A DNA stretch of 64,000 nt from Candidatus Poribacteria bacterium (GTDB lineage Bacteria > Poribacteria > WGA-4E > GCA-2687025): contig OY762492.1 of NCBI GenBank assembly GCA_963665845.2, positions 3,392,001 through 3,456,000 on the forward strand. Reading direction: 5' to 3'. This document shows, piece after piece, positions 51,049-60,433 of this stretch. The translations under genes were made by a program, and so were the position numbers. Numbering within the stretch: position 1 is the stretch's first letter; each line of letters starts with the position of its first letter. The notes under the pieces are model-generated. The model saw nothing but the letters and a program-made list of their open reading frames with translations. It was not told the DNA's origin and did not search any database.

Positions 51049-52347
51049 ATGAATGAGAAAAAGCCTATTACGAGCCTGGCCGAGTTTCTGAAGTGGGCAG
51101 AGCAGTTCGAAGACGGTCAGTATCTGTTCCGCGGACTTCCGAAGGAGAGTTGGCCAAATCAAGAGTCCGCCTATCGTCGTCTGCCTAAATATCAGCGCGA
51201 CAATCTAGAACTTCTCCTCGAAGTCAATAAGGATTTAATCAACAAGGCGCGTCTCCGAGGACACGACCGAAAAGATGGAAACCGTCTTTCGGATCTGGAG
51301 CTGCTAGCGGAACTTCAGCATTTCCGCGCAGCTACCTGCCTAATTGATTATACGCGCAACGCTCTTGTGGCGCTTTGGTTTGCATGTAAGCAGATTGATA
51401 TTGAGGACACGGAGGAAAATGCTAAAAGTAACGAATCAACGCAAAAAAATAAGGAACCGAAAGGAAAGGTTTACGCAGTACGCATTGACGACCCGGCGCG
51501 CTTTAAAACAATTAATTCTGAATCGATAGGAAATGATCTTGATTATTTCTATAAACTTGAGAACAGCGGCGAATCGTCGCTAAAATTATACCTTTGGGAA
51601 CCGAAATTTCAAAATAACCGCATCGTTGCGCAAAATTCTGTTTTCATACTCGGCGCCGCTGACATTAAACATGACGAAACATGTATTGTCGACTCAAGCA
51701 GCAAGGAAAGTATAACGAAACAGTTAGATAAATTATTTGGCATAAATGAAGCGAGTTTATTCCCAGATTTTGATGGGTTTGCGCGTCTGCATTCTCAGCG
51801 TAATCCGTATGTTGAGCTTGATGCTCCGGGCTATCTGCAACGAGGTATGGACGCGCATTTAGCAGGCAATTTGGACGACGCAATTGATAACTATACGGAA
51901 ACGATTAAACTGAAGCCAAACGAAGCCAAACCCTATGTCTATCGCGGCTTGGCTCACGCTAAAAACGACGATTTCGACGACGCCATCAGGGATTATACCA
52001 AAGCGATTGAACTGGAGCCAAACAATGCCATGGTCTATAGCGATCGCGGCCGGGCTTACGCCAGAAACGGCGATCTTGACACCGCCATCAAAGATCTTGG
52101 CAAAGCGATTGAACTGAAACCATATGATGTCGGGTTCTATATAAGCCGCGGCCGGGCTCACGCCAGAAACGGCGATCTTGACACCGCCATCAAAGATTTT
52201 GATCAAGCGATTGAACTGGAACCAAACAATGCCATAGTCTACAGCGATCGCGGCCAGGCTTACGCCGGAAAAGGCGAGCATGAAAAAGCCAGACAAGACC
52301 GCGAAAAAGCGACGGAACTTGAGCTGGCTAGCAGAGGGGAATCTTAG
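51049..52347 (+). CDS. FRG-domain protein with C-terminal TPR repeats
   Basis: YLFRG, LQHF..T.LIDYT.N.LVALWFAC and RIVAQNSVF, followed by 34-aa TPRs (AIELxP). The N-half is visibly AT-richer than its flanks. Confidence 0.9.
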   Translation: MNEKKPITSLAEFLKWAEQFEDGQYLFRGLPKESWPNQESAYRRLPKYQRDNLELLLEVNKDLINKARLRGHDRKDGNRLSDLELLAELQHFRAATCLIDYTRNALVALWFACKQIDIEDTEENAKSNESTQKNKEPKGKVYAVRIDDPARFKTINSESIGNDLDYFYKLENSGESSLKLYLWEPKFQNNRIVAQNSVFILGAADIKHDETCIVDSSSKESITKQLDKLFGINEASLFPDFDGFARLHSQRNPYVELDAPGYLQRGMDAHLAGNLDDAIDNYTETIKLKPNEAKPYVYRGLAHAKNDDFDDAIRDYTKAIELEPNNAMVYSDRGRAYARNGDLDTAIKDLGKAIELKPYDVGFYISRGRAHARNGDLDTAIKDFDQAIELEPNNAIVYSDRGQAYAGKGEHEKARQDREKATELELASRGES

Positions 52348-52372
52348 AAACCCCGAAAGGAAAGGCGGAACA

Positions 52373-53776
52373 ATGGCGCAAGACTTCAACCCCAACACCC
52401 TCTACTACGGCGACTGCCTAGACTGGATGCGCGAATGGGAATCGGACTGCGTTGACCTGATTTACCTTGATCCGCCGTTCAATTCCAACGCGAATTACAA
52501 CGTCCTCTTCAGCGATAAAGGCGACGGAAAAGCGCAATACCGCGCCTTCAACGACACATGGAGCTGGGACGCCGCCGCCGCCGAACGGTATCGGCAGTTT
52601 GAAAACGCGCCCGCGCGTCCGGCGCATGACGCCATCGTCGGGCTGCGCCGCATACTCGGCCGCTCCGGAATGCTGGCGTACTTGACCTACATGGCGGAGC
52701 GTCTAGAGGAGATGCGCCGCATGCTAAAACCGACCGGCTCCATCTACCTCCATTGCGACCCGACCGCCAGCCACTATCTTAAAATCGTCATGGACGCTGT
52801 CTTCGGCAAGGAGAATTTTAGAAACGAGATCGTCTGGGCATACCGCACAGGGGGCGTGAGCAAAGCTTGGTTTGGCAGAAAACATGACATCATCCTCTTC
52901 TATACGAAGTCGCCCAAACGAGAGCATGTCTTCAACCTAAAGAAAGAACGCTCCTATAATCGAGACTTCAAGCCGTATAAATTCAAGGGCGTTTCGGAAT
53001 ATCAAGATGAAGAAGGCAAATGGTACACCATGGCGGCAATGCGCGATGTTTGGGAAATCAACGCGGTTGGCAGATCGTCAGGCGAGCGACTCGGCTATCC
53101 GACGCAGAAACCGCTGGCGCTGCTGGAGCGCATTATTGAGGCGTCGTCCAACGAAGGCGATATTGTGCTGGATCCGTTTTGCGGCTGCGGCACAGCGGTG
53201 GAAGCGGCGCGCCGTCTCAACCGCCGCTGGGCGGGGGTCGACATCAGCTCCTTCGCGATTGATCTTGTTCGGCAGCGTCTGCAGGACGAGTCGATTCCGG
53301 TCAAAGGCATTCCCGCCGATCTGGAGTCGGCGCGTAAGTTGGCGCGCGAGAAGCCGTTTGAGTTTGAATCCTGGGCGGTGACGCGCCTCCCTGGTTTCGC
53401 GCCGAACACGAAGCAGGTGGCGGACGGCGGCGTGGACGGTCGCGGCATGCTGTATGACGAGCCGGACGATTGGGACTCGCGTCTCGCTCTTGCGCAGGTG
53501 AAGGGCGGTAAGTTCACCGCCGGCGCGCTGCGCGACTTTATCGGCGTCATCAACAGCGACGAGGCGGCGATCGGACGTTTCATCACGTTGGATCCTGTCG
53601 GGTCGGCGGACGCAAAATCGCGCGCCGTGGAGCAGGGTACGATCGTCGTTCGCGGTCAAACGTATCGGCGGCTGCTTCTCTGGTCGATGGACGATTATTT
53701 CAACAACCGCCCCTGCCCCCTCCCGCCGATGACGAATCCCTATACGGGCAAGCGGATGCAGCAGGGGCTGTTTTAG
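52373..53776 (+). CDS. Beta-class amino-methyltransferase fused to a C-terminal Mrr-like restriction endonuclease domain
   Basis: YLDPPF, YPTQKP and DPFCGCGT. C-terminal FEFESWA..DGGVDG..AQVK. Confidence 0.88.
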   Translation: MAQDFNPNTLYYGDCLDWMREWESDCVDLIYLDPPFNSNANYNVLFSDKGDGKAQYRAFNDTWSWDAAAAERYRQFENAPARPAHDAIVGLRRILGRSGMLAYLTYMAERLEEMRRMLKPTGSIYLHCDPTASHYLKIVMDAVFGKENFRNEIVWAYRTGGVSKAWFGRKHDIILFYTKSPKREHVFNLKKERSYNRDFKPYKFKGVSEYQDEEGKWYTMAAMRDVWEINAVGRSSGERLGYPTQKPLALLERIIEASSNEGDIVLDPFCGCGTAVEAARRLNRRWAGVDISSFAIDLVRQRLQDESIPVKGIPADLESARKLAREKPFEFESWAVTRLPGFAPNTKQVADGGVDGRGMLYDEPDDWDSRLALAQVKGGKFTAGALRDFIGVINSDEAAIGRFITLDPVGSADAKSRAVEQGTIVVRGQTYRRLLLWSMDDYFNNRPCPLPPMTNPYTGKRMQQGLF

Positions 53777-53985
53777 CCGCGTCCGATTCCCCCTTGAAAA
53801 GGGGCCCGACTCGTTCCTCTTGAAAAGGGGCCCGACTCGTTCCCCCTTGAAAAGGGGGGCTAGGGGGGTTTTCGGCGCCTTAAGATTCCCGCACGTTTTA
53901 CCGCAAGGGCGGGAATGCATGTCCTCGCGGAAGCGGGGAACGACAAGCGGCGCCAACGCTTTAAGGTCAAAATGAAGTTCATCGC
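53777..53985. repeat. Composite repeat with 26-bp tandem CCTTGAAAAGGGG units, palindromes and an ATGAAGTTCATCGC end
   Basis: The right part is approximately the reverse complement of 62759-62794. Confidence 0.8.
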
Positions 53986-53991
53986 GGAAAT

Positions 53992-54020
53992 TTGACTTCC
54001 GGGCGCGTTCGGAGTATCGT
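53992..54020 (+). promoter_or_regulatory. Sigma70-type promoter of the rplU operon
   Basis: TTGACT-N17-TATCGT. Confidence 0.55.
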
Positions 54021-54063
54021 TACTCAATGCCCATTTCCAGCGGCAGAATATGGAGAATGCGAT

Positions 54064-54381
54064 ATGTACGCAATTATTTCGACAGGAGGCAAGCAGTACC
54101 GCGCCTCCGTCGGCGATATGATCGATGTTGAAAAGATAGAGGGCGGGGTCGGCGACGAGGTGATTCTCTCCGACCCGCTTTTTGTGATGGACGAAAACGG
54201 GTCGGCAAAAGTCGGCGCGCCCGGCGTTGAGGGCGCCTCCGTCGTCTGTACAATCGTCAAGCAGGACCGAAACCCGAAGGTGATCGTGTTCACATCAAAA
54301 CGCCGAAAGCGGTATCAGCGCAAGATCGGACACCGCCAGCATTACACGCGGCTGCGCGTCGAAGCGATCAACGTTTCTTGA
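54064..54381 (+). CDS. rplU: 50S ribosomal protein L21
   Basis: MYAIISTGGKQY and KRRKRYQRKIGHRQHYT. Confidence 0.98.
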   Translation: MYAIISTGGKQYRASVGDMIDVEKIEGGVGDEVILSDPLFVMDENGSAKVGAPGVEGASVVCTIVKQDRNPKVIVFTSKRRKRYQRKIGHRQHYTRLRVEAINVS

Positions 54382-54408
54382 CCGAACGGCAAACGAAAGG
54401 AGAGCCGT

Positions 54409-54666
54409 ATGGCGCATAAAAAAGGACAAGGCAGTTCTCAAAACGGGCGCGAAAGCCACTCCAAACGCTTAGGCCTCAAACTCCATGACGGGCAATTTGC
54501 GAAGGCGGGCGCGATACTGGTCCGCCAGCGCGGAACGCGCATCCACCCTGGCGTCAATGTCGGGCGGGGCGGGGACGACACGCTTTTTGCCAAACTGGAA
54601 GGCGTCGTCAAATATGAGCGCGTCGGGCGGCGGCGCAAACAGGCAAGCGTCTATCCCGTCATCTGA
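54409..54666 (+). CDS. rpmA: 50S ribosomal protein L27
   Basis: [16 protein letters not shown] and [16 protein letters not shown]. Confidence 0.98.
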   Translation: MAHKKGQGSSQNGRESHSKRLGLKLHDGQFAKAGAILVRQRGTRIHPGVNVGRGGDDTLFAKLEGVVKYERVGRRRKQASVYPVI

Positions 54667-54671
54667 ACCGC

Positions 54672-56057
54672 ATGATCGATCTTGTTGAAATCGATGTCAA
54701 GGCGGGGGACGGCGGAAAGGGGTGCGTCTCCTTTCGACGGGAAAAGTTTGTCCCGAAAGGCGGACCGAACGGCGGCAACGGCGGGCGCGGCGGAAGCGTC
54801 TATGCGGTCGGCAGCCGCTCCGTGTCGACGCTCATTGACCAGCGTTACCAGAAGCATTACGAGGCGCAGCGCGGGTCGCACGGCATGGGAAAAAACGCGC
54901 ACGGCATGGACGGCGGCGACATCGAGATACCGCTCCCGATCGGCTCCGTTTTAACCGATCTCGACACGGAAGAAACGATCGGCGAGCTGCTGGCGCCGGG
55001 CGACCGGCTGCTGTTGGCTGAAGGCGGCATCGGCGGGCGCGGCAACGCCGAGTTCAAAACAAGCGTCTATCAGGCGCCGAGAGCCGCCGAGCTGGGCGAA
55101 CCTGGGCAGGCGCGCCGACTGCGCATCGAAGTGAAACTGATTGCCGATGTCGGATTCGTCGGCTTTCCAAACGCGGGCAAGTCGACGCTTCTAAGCGTCG
55201 TTTCGGCGGCGAAGCCGAAGATCGCGCCGTACCCGTTCACGACGCTGTCGCCCAACCTGGGTCTGGCGCGCGTCGCGGCGCAGAAGAACTTTGTCGCGGC
55301 GGATCTGCCCGGCATCATCGAAGGCGCGCACGCGGGCGCGGGTCTTGGACACGGCTTTTTGCGGCATGTGGAGCGGACGCGGCTGCTGATTCATGTGGTG
55401 GACGCTTCATCGGCGGACGGGCGCGATCCTGTGGAGGATATACGCGCCTTGAACCGAGAGCTGGCGCTTCACAGCGACCGGCTGGCGGACCTTCCGCAGC
55501 TGATTGCGCTGAATAAGATCGATCTGCCGGCGGGACGGGAGGCGGTTGCGTCGATACGGTCGAAGCTCAAAAAGGCGCCCGTTTATCCGATCTCGGCGGT
55601 CACGGGCGAGGGCGTCCAGAAACTGCTTTTTGACAGCTACACCGCTTTGCAGCGCATTTTGAAACGTGAAGAGGAATCGGCGGCGAAGGCGGAAGCTGAA
55701 CAGAGCGCCGCGGCGACGATATACCGCAGCGAAGGGCGAATGCAGATACAGGCGCGCGGCGGCGGATTTGCGGTGGAAAGCAAGCAGGCGTACCGCGCTG
55801 TCGTCATGACCGACTTCAGCAACGACGAGGCGGTCTGGCTCATGGGAAAGCGGCTTGAACAGCTCGGCGTTCGTCAGGCGCTGAAACGGGCGGGCGCCAA
55901 AGAGGGCGATTCCGTTTTCATTGGAGGTCGAGAATTTGTCTTCTCAAACGAACGGCAGCCAGATTCCGTTGCGGAGTTTTTGGCTGAAAGACGCGCGGCG
56001 GGTCGTCGTCAAAATCGGGACGAGCGCGCTGACCGCAAACACGCGGACGCTCAATAA
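54672..56057 (+). CDS. obgE: GTPase ObgE/CgtA
   Basis: GDGGKG..SFRREKFVPKGGP, GFPNAGKST, YPFTT, DLPG and NKID, plus the OCT domain. Confidence 0.97.
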   Translation: MIDLVEIDVKAGDGGKGCVSFRREKFVPKGGPNGGNGGRGGSVYAVGSRSVSTLIDQRYQKHYEAQRGSHGMGKNAHGMDGGDIEIPLPIGSVLTDLDTEETIGELLAPGDRLLLAEGGIGGRGNAEFKTSVYQAPRAAELGEPGQARRLRIEVKLIADVGFVGFPNAGKSTLLSVVSAAKPKIAPYPFTTLSPNLGLARVAAQKNFVAADLPGIIEGAHAGAGLGHGFLRHVERTRLLIHVVDASSADGRDPVEDIRALNRELALHSDRLADLPQLIALNKIDLPAGREAVASIRSKLKKAPVYPISAVTGEGVQKLLFDSYTALQRILKREEESAAKAEAEQSAAATIYRSEGRMQIQARGGGFAVESKQAYRAVVMTDFSNDEAVWLMGKRLEQLGVRQALKRAGAKEGDSVFIGGREFVFSNERQPDSVAEFLAERRAAGRRQNRDERADRKHADAQ

Positions 56058-57111
56058 AACGCGCATCGAATGGGTCGCCGAGCAGATCGCCGAAATGCGC
56101 CGGCGCGGCATTCAAACGATACTGGTAACGTCAGGCGCCATCGGCGCGGGGACGGGTCGTCTAGGGTTAAAAAAACGCCCCTCCAAAATCAGCGAGCTGC
56201 AGGCGGCGGCAAGCGTCGGACAAAGCCTGCTCATGAAAATGTATGAAGAGGCGCTGCGGCCCTACGGGCTGCCCGCCGCGCAGGCGCTGTTGACGACGGA
56301 AGACCTGCAGAACCGGCGCCGGTATGTGAACTTCACCAACGCGCTCAACGCGCTCTTCCACTTCGGCGCCGTGCCGATTTTAAACGAAAACGACGCGGTC
56401 GCCACGGAAGAGATTCGCGTCGGCGACAACGACACCCTCTCCGCCCATACCGCCGTCGCTGTCGGCGCCGACCTGCTCATTCTGTTGAGCGACACGGACG
56501 GCGTCTTCACGGCAGACCCGATCCGATTCCCGGACGCCGAGCGCATTCCGATCATCCATGAGATCGATGCGGAGCTGATGCGTATGGCGAACGAATCGCC
56601 CGGCGGGAACGGAACGCAGCTCGGCACGGGGCGCCTTTTAACGAAACTAAAAGCGGCGCAGACCGCCGGCTCCTCCGGCATACCGACCGCGCTTGCGAAC
56701 GGCGGACGGCGCAATTCAGCCATCGACATACTGGACGGAAAGGATGTCGGCACACTCTTTATCCCCAAAGGAGAACGCAAAACGGGCAAGAAGCGTTGGA
56801 TCGCGCACGCGCTGGACGCCAAAGGCGTTGTTGTGGCGGACGAAGGCGCGCGGGAGGCGGTTGTAAAGCGTAACGCGAGCCTGTTGCCGGCGGGCGTCTG
56901 CAGCGCGACGGGGGAATTTCAAACGGGCGATCTGGCGCGTTGCGTCGGGCTGGACGGCGTCGAATTCGCGCGCGGGCTGGTCAACTACAGCGCCGATGAG
57001 CTGAACAAAATCGCCGGCAAACGCGCCAACGACATCATGAAAACGCTTGGATACCATTACGCAGACGAGGCGATCCATCGAGACAATCTTGTGTTGGTAG
57101 AGAACGGCTAG
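55936..57111 (+). CDS. proB: Glutamate 5-kinase with PUA domain
   Basis: RVVVKIGTS, SGAIGAG, NENDAV and GDNDTLSA. The start is uncertain: the TTG at 55936 follows GGAGG, and the ORF is open from 55921. Confidence 0.95.
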   Translation: MSSQTNGSQIPLRSFWLKDARRVVVKIGTSALTANTRTLNKTRIEWVAEQIAEMRRRGIQTILVTSGAIGAGTGRLGLKKRPSKISELQAAASVGQSLLMKMYEEALRPYGLPAAQALLTTEDLQNRRRYVNFTNALNALFHFGAVPILNENDAVATEEIRVGDNDTLSAHTAVAVGADLLILLSDTDGVFTADPIRFPDAERIPIIHEIDAELMRMANESPGGNGTQLGTGRLLTKLKAAQTAGSSGIPTALANGGRRNSAIDILDGKDVGTLFIPKGERKTGKKRWIAHALDAKGVVVADEGAREAVVKRNASLLPAGVCSATGEFQTGDLARCVGLDGVEFARGLVNYSADELNKIAGKRANDIMKTLGYHYADEAIHRDNLVLVENG

Positions 57112-57130
57112 CAGCCGATGGCAGATAAAA

Positions 57131-57352
57131 CGGCAGTACGCCGATACAGGGATATTCGCGGCGCCGCATCCGATTCCCCCCTTGAAAAGGGGGAACCAGG
57201 GGGGTTTAAAGATGGGCGCGCCGCATCCGATTCCCCCCTTGAAAAGGGGGGCTAGGGGGGGTTTTCTGCGGCGCCTTAAGATTCCCGCTTACGCGGGAAT
57301 GACAGGTAAGATTGAATGACAGGTACGATTCCCGATTAAGCGGGAATGACGA
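57131..57352. repeat. Composite repeat between proB and proA
   Basis: Start CGGCAGTACGC..GATATTCGCG as at 6837, two CCCCCCTTGAAAAGGGGG modules and two dRS3-like palindromes. Confidence 0.85.
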
Positions 57353-57370
57353 TAGCGGAAGGAGAGCGAT

Positions 57371-58648
57371 ATGACGGACGGGGTCAACGGAAACGAACTC
57401 GCGCAGAAGGCGATTCGGCAGATGCGCATGGCAAAAGAGGCGGCGCGGCAGATCGCCGTAGCGTCCACCGAGCAGAAAAACGACGCGCTGAAACGCATGG
57501 CGGCGCTGATCCTTGAAAACCGCGCGTTCTTGGCAATTGAAAATAAAAAGGACATGGAGGCGGGGCGCGAAAACGGACTCTCCCCCGCCCTGCTGGACAG
57601 GCTGGAACTGACCGACCCGCGCATCGACGCGATGGCGGACGGCTTGCGTCAAGTGGCGGAACTGCCCGACCCTGTCGGACGGCGGTACGACCGGAAAACG
57701 CGCCCGAACGGCCTCGTCGTCGAAAAAGAGCGCATACCGCTCGGCGTCATCGGCATCATCTATGAATCGCGCCCGAATGTGACGGCGGACGCGGCGGGTC
57801 TCTGCTTCAAGTCGGGCAACGCGGTCGTCCTGCGCGGCGGATCGGAGGCGATCCATTCCAACGCCGCCATCGCCCAGCTGCTCCATAACGCCATCGAACA
57901 GGCGGGGCTTTCCAAAGAGATCGTCCAGTTCATCAACACAACCGACCGAGAGGCGGTGAATGTGATGTTGAAACAGGACGCGCTCATCGACGTCATCATC
58001 CCGCGCGGCGGAAAAGGGCTGATTCGGCATGTCGCCGAAAACTCGACGATACCGGTTATCAAGCATGAGGACGGCATCTGCCACGTCTATGTGGACGAGA
58101 CGGCGGATCTGCAGAAAGCGGAGACGATCTCTCTGAACGCAAAGATACAGCGTCCGTCCGCCTGCAACGCGATGGAGACGCTTCTGGCGCATGCGTCGAT
58201 TGCGGAAGCGTTTTTGCCGTCGGTGTGCGCGAAGATGGCGACGGCGGGCGTGGAGCTGCGCGGCTGCGAACGCTCGCGACGGATCGCGTCCGGCATGAAA
58301 CCCGCGGCGGAAGAGGACTGGCGGACCGAATACCATGATCTGATTTTGTCGATAAGGATCGTCGACTCGCTGGAGGAGGCGGTTGAACATATCGAGACGT
58401 ACGGCTCAAACCATTCCGACGCGATTGTGACGCGGGACGAAGTGAGCGCCCGGCGGTTCACGAAGGCGGTCGATTCGTCGTCCGTATTTGTGAACGCTTC
58501 GCCGCGGTTCGCGGACGGGTACGAGTACGGCTTGGGCGCCGAGATCGGCATCAGCACCCAGAAGCTGCACGCGCGCGGACCCATGGGGCTTGAGGAGCTG
58601 ACCATCTATAAGTTCATCGCGCATGGGGACGGGCATATTCGGGAGTGA
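57371..58648 (+). CDS. proA: Gamma-glutamyl phosphate reductase
   Basis: PLGVIGIIYESRPNVT, KSGNAVVLRGGSEA, CNAMETLL and AEIGISTQKLHARGPMGL. Confidence 0.98.
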   Translation: MTDGVNGNELAQKAIRQMRMAKEAARQIAVASTEQKNDALKRMAALILENRAFLAIENKKDMEAGRENGLSPALLDRLELTDPRIDAMADGLRQVAELPDPVGRRYDRKTRPNGLVVEKERIPLGVIGIIYESRPNVTADAAGLCFKSGNAVVLRGGSEAIHSNAAIAQLLHNAIEQAGLSKEIVQFINTTDREAVNVMLKQDALIDVIIPRGGKGLIRHVAENSTIPVIKHEDGICHVYVDETADLQKAETISLNAKIQRPSACNAMETLLAHASIAEAFLPSVCAKMATAGVELRGCERSRRIASGMKPAAEEDWRTEYHDLILSIRIVDSLEEAVEHIETYGSNHSDAIVTRDEVSARRFTKAVDSSSVFVNASPRFADGYEYGLGAEIGISTQKLHARGPMGLEELTIYKFIAHGDGHIRE

Positions 58649-58680
58649 GCTTCGCCGCCCTTCCCGCGCCCTTTTTCGTC

Positions 58681-58706
58681 GTCATTCCCGCGTAAGCGGG
58701 AATCTT
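58681..58706. repeat. Single dRS3/REP-like palindrome after proA
   Basis: GTCATTCCCGCGTAAGCGGGAATC. Confidence 0.8.
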
Positions 58707-58877
58707 AGGCGTCCGCCCATCGTCATTTATGGAATGACTCCCGCGCAGAATGCATGGGCGCGTGAAACAATGTAGAATGCATCAAAGCGGTTTCAAGCGA
58801 AAGCCGTTTGCGCGCATCGCGGGAGGAGGAGCCAAATAAAAGTCTATAGGTCTCCAATCCCTGGAATCTTTATTGCG

Positions 58878-59513
58878 TTGGGGCTGATGTGGATTGCACT
58901 GGGATCCGGCAAAATCGCCTCCGCAATAGACGAAGGCGCCAGAAGAGTCTACAGCGCGTTGGCCATTGAGAATTCGCCTTATATTTCGGCGCATTCGTTT
59001 GAGAGGTTTGGCGTTCTTTGGGTTGCGTTATGCGCTCTCATGTGGTTGATCATGTACATCAAGACTGACGCTGCGTATATTGGGCAAGAGGCGGGCGGAA
59101 AGAGGCGTCCCGCGTTTCTTGCGGCGGGGGCCGTCCTGGTTGCGGCGCTCTCCATTCTGATTCAATCCGCCGTTGAGTTTCAAACGGCTTCACAGGCGTA
59201 CTTCGCGTTTGGAATGTCCGCCGCGCTGCTGTCTTTGAGCGGCGTATGCCTCCGGCAGCTCCAAAGCGCGCTCCGCCGCGGCATGCCAGTAACAGCGGAC
59301 AGTTATCTGTTAGCGGCGTTTTTAACGTTGTTCGGAGCGGTCAGAGCCATGCTGGTTTATATGGAGATTGCCCCGTTGACGCCATTTTCGCATACGGCGT
59401 TCTCGATCATCTTGTATGCGCCGATCTTCGTCGGGTATTTCTGGATGCGCCGCCGCTTGAATCAGATTCGAGAAGCGCATGAGCCAATGCTAGAAATGGA
59501 GCATGCGGAATGA
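58878..59513 (+). CDS. Multi-pass membrane hypothetical protein (paralog 1; start uncertain)
   Basis: Shares PAFLA.GA, SAVEF, QLQSALRRGMPxTADSYL and RLNQI with the next gene. Confidence 0.65.
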   Translation: MGLMWIALGSGKIASAIDEGARRVYSALAIENSPYISAHSFERFGVLWVALCALMWLIMYIKTDAAYIGQEAGGKRRPAFLAAGAVLVAALSILIQSAVEFQTASQAYFAFGMSAALLSLSGVCLRQLQSALRRGMPVTADSYLLAAFLTLFGAVRAMLVYMEIAPLTPFSHTAFSIILYAPIFVGYFWMRRRLNQIREAHEPMLEMEHAE

Positions 59514-59571
59514 AAAATGCGCCGCTCTGGATTCTTAGAGCGTTTGCGGTATCAAGAGAGGAGGCGCCTGA

Positions 59572-60177
59572 ATGAGCCTCAAAGCTAGAATCATCAATTT
59601 CGCCGCCATGGTTGCGGTCGGGCTGGTTACCCTTAAACTCATATCGGGAGTTGAGTTTCCGCCTTCTGTGTCAACGCTGGGCAATTTAATGCTTGCGGCA
59701 TTGGCGCTCACATGGATCGCGTCCATCTTCATGAACGCTGCGCAGGAGTCGGGAAAGAAGCTTCCTGCGTTTCTTGCGTCGGGGGCGGCGCTGCTTGCGG
59801 TACTCTCCATTCTGATTCGATCCGCCGTCGAGTTTGAAACGATTTCACAGGCGTACCTCGCGTTCATAATGGTTGCCGCGCCGCTGTCGTTGACCTGCAT
59901 ATGCCTCTGGCAGCTCCAAAGCGCGCTCCGCCGCGGCATGCCAAGAACAGCGGACAGTTATCTGTTCTCGGCGGCTTTGCTGTTGGTCGCGGCAGTCGGC
60001 GCCATGCTGGATTATATGGAGCTTGCGGCGTTGATGCCGTTTTCGCGTACGGCGTTCGAAATCGCCTTGTATGCGCCGATCATCGTCGGATTTCTCTGGA
60101 TGCAACATCGTTTAAATCAGATTCAAGAGGCGCAGGAGCGGTTGTTAGAAACGGGGCATGCGGAGCGGGAATCTTAA
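59572..60177 (+). CDS. Multi-pass membrane hypothetical protein (paralog 2)
   Basis: About 6 TM segments; GGAGG RBS. Confidence 0.75.
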   Translation: MSLKARIINFAAMVAVGLVTLKLISGVEFPPSVSTLGNLMLAALALTWIASIFMNAAQESGKKLPAFLASGAALLAVLSILIRSAVEFETISQAYLAFIMVAAPLSLTCICLWQLQSALRRGMPRTADSYLFSAALLLVAAVGAMLDYMELAALMPFSRTAFEIALYAPIIVGFLWMQHRLNQIQEAQERLLETGHAERES

Positions 60178-60186
60178 AGACCAGAG

Positions 60187-60238
60187 CCGCGCAGCTCCCG
60201 CAAAACGCCGCGCGTGTCAATAACCGGGCAGGGCGCGT
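60187..60238. repeat. 52-bp direct repeat, left copy (stranded 3' end of the dehydrogenase gene)
   Basis: CCGCGCAGCTCCCGCAAAACGCCGCGCGTGTCAATAACCGGGCAGGGCGCGT, identical to 61382-61433. Confidence 0.95.
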
Positions 60239-60433
60239 TCATAACATGACGCTCTCGGCGGACGGGACGCGCCTGCTCATCGCAAGCGTATGGATGCGCA
60301 GGGCGCGCCGATCGGCCGCTTTTCTCTCTCTTTACGCATCCAAATTCAATATTATTAATGTACGGGTCAACCTTTTCAGGCGGCGCTGCGTTGTATGATT
60401 TAGAACGTTGGTTTTAAATCATGGAGATGCGCA

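Noticed and set aside
54021-54063. L21 leader RNA
   Set aside because: The position fits, but no convincing structure or consensus could be established by eye.
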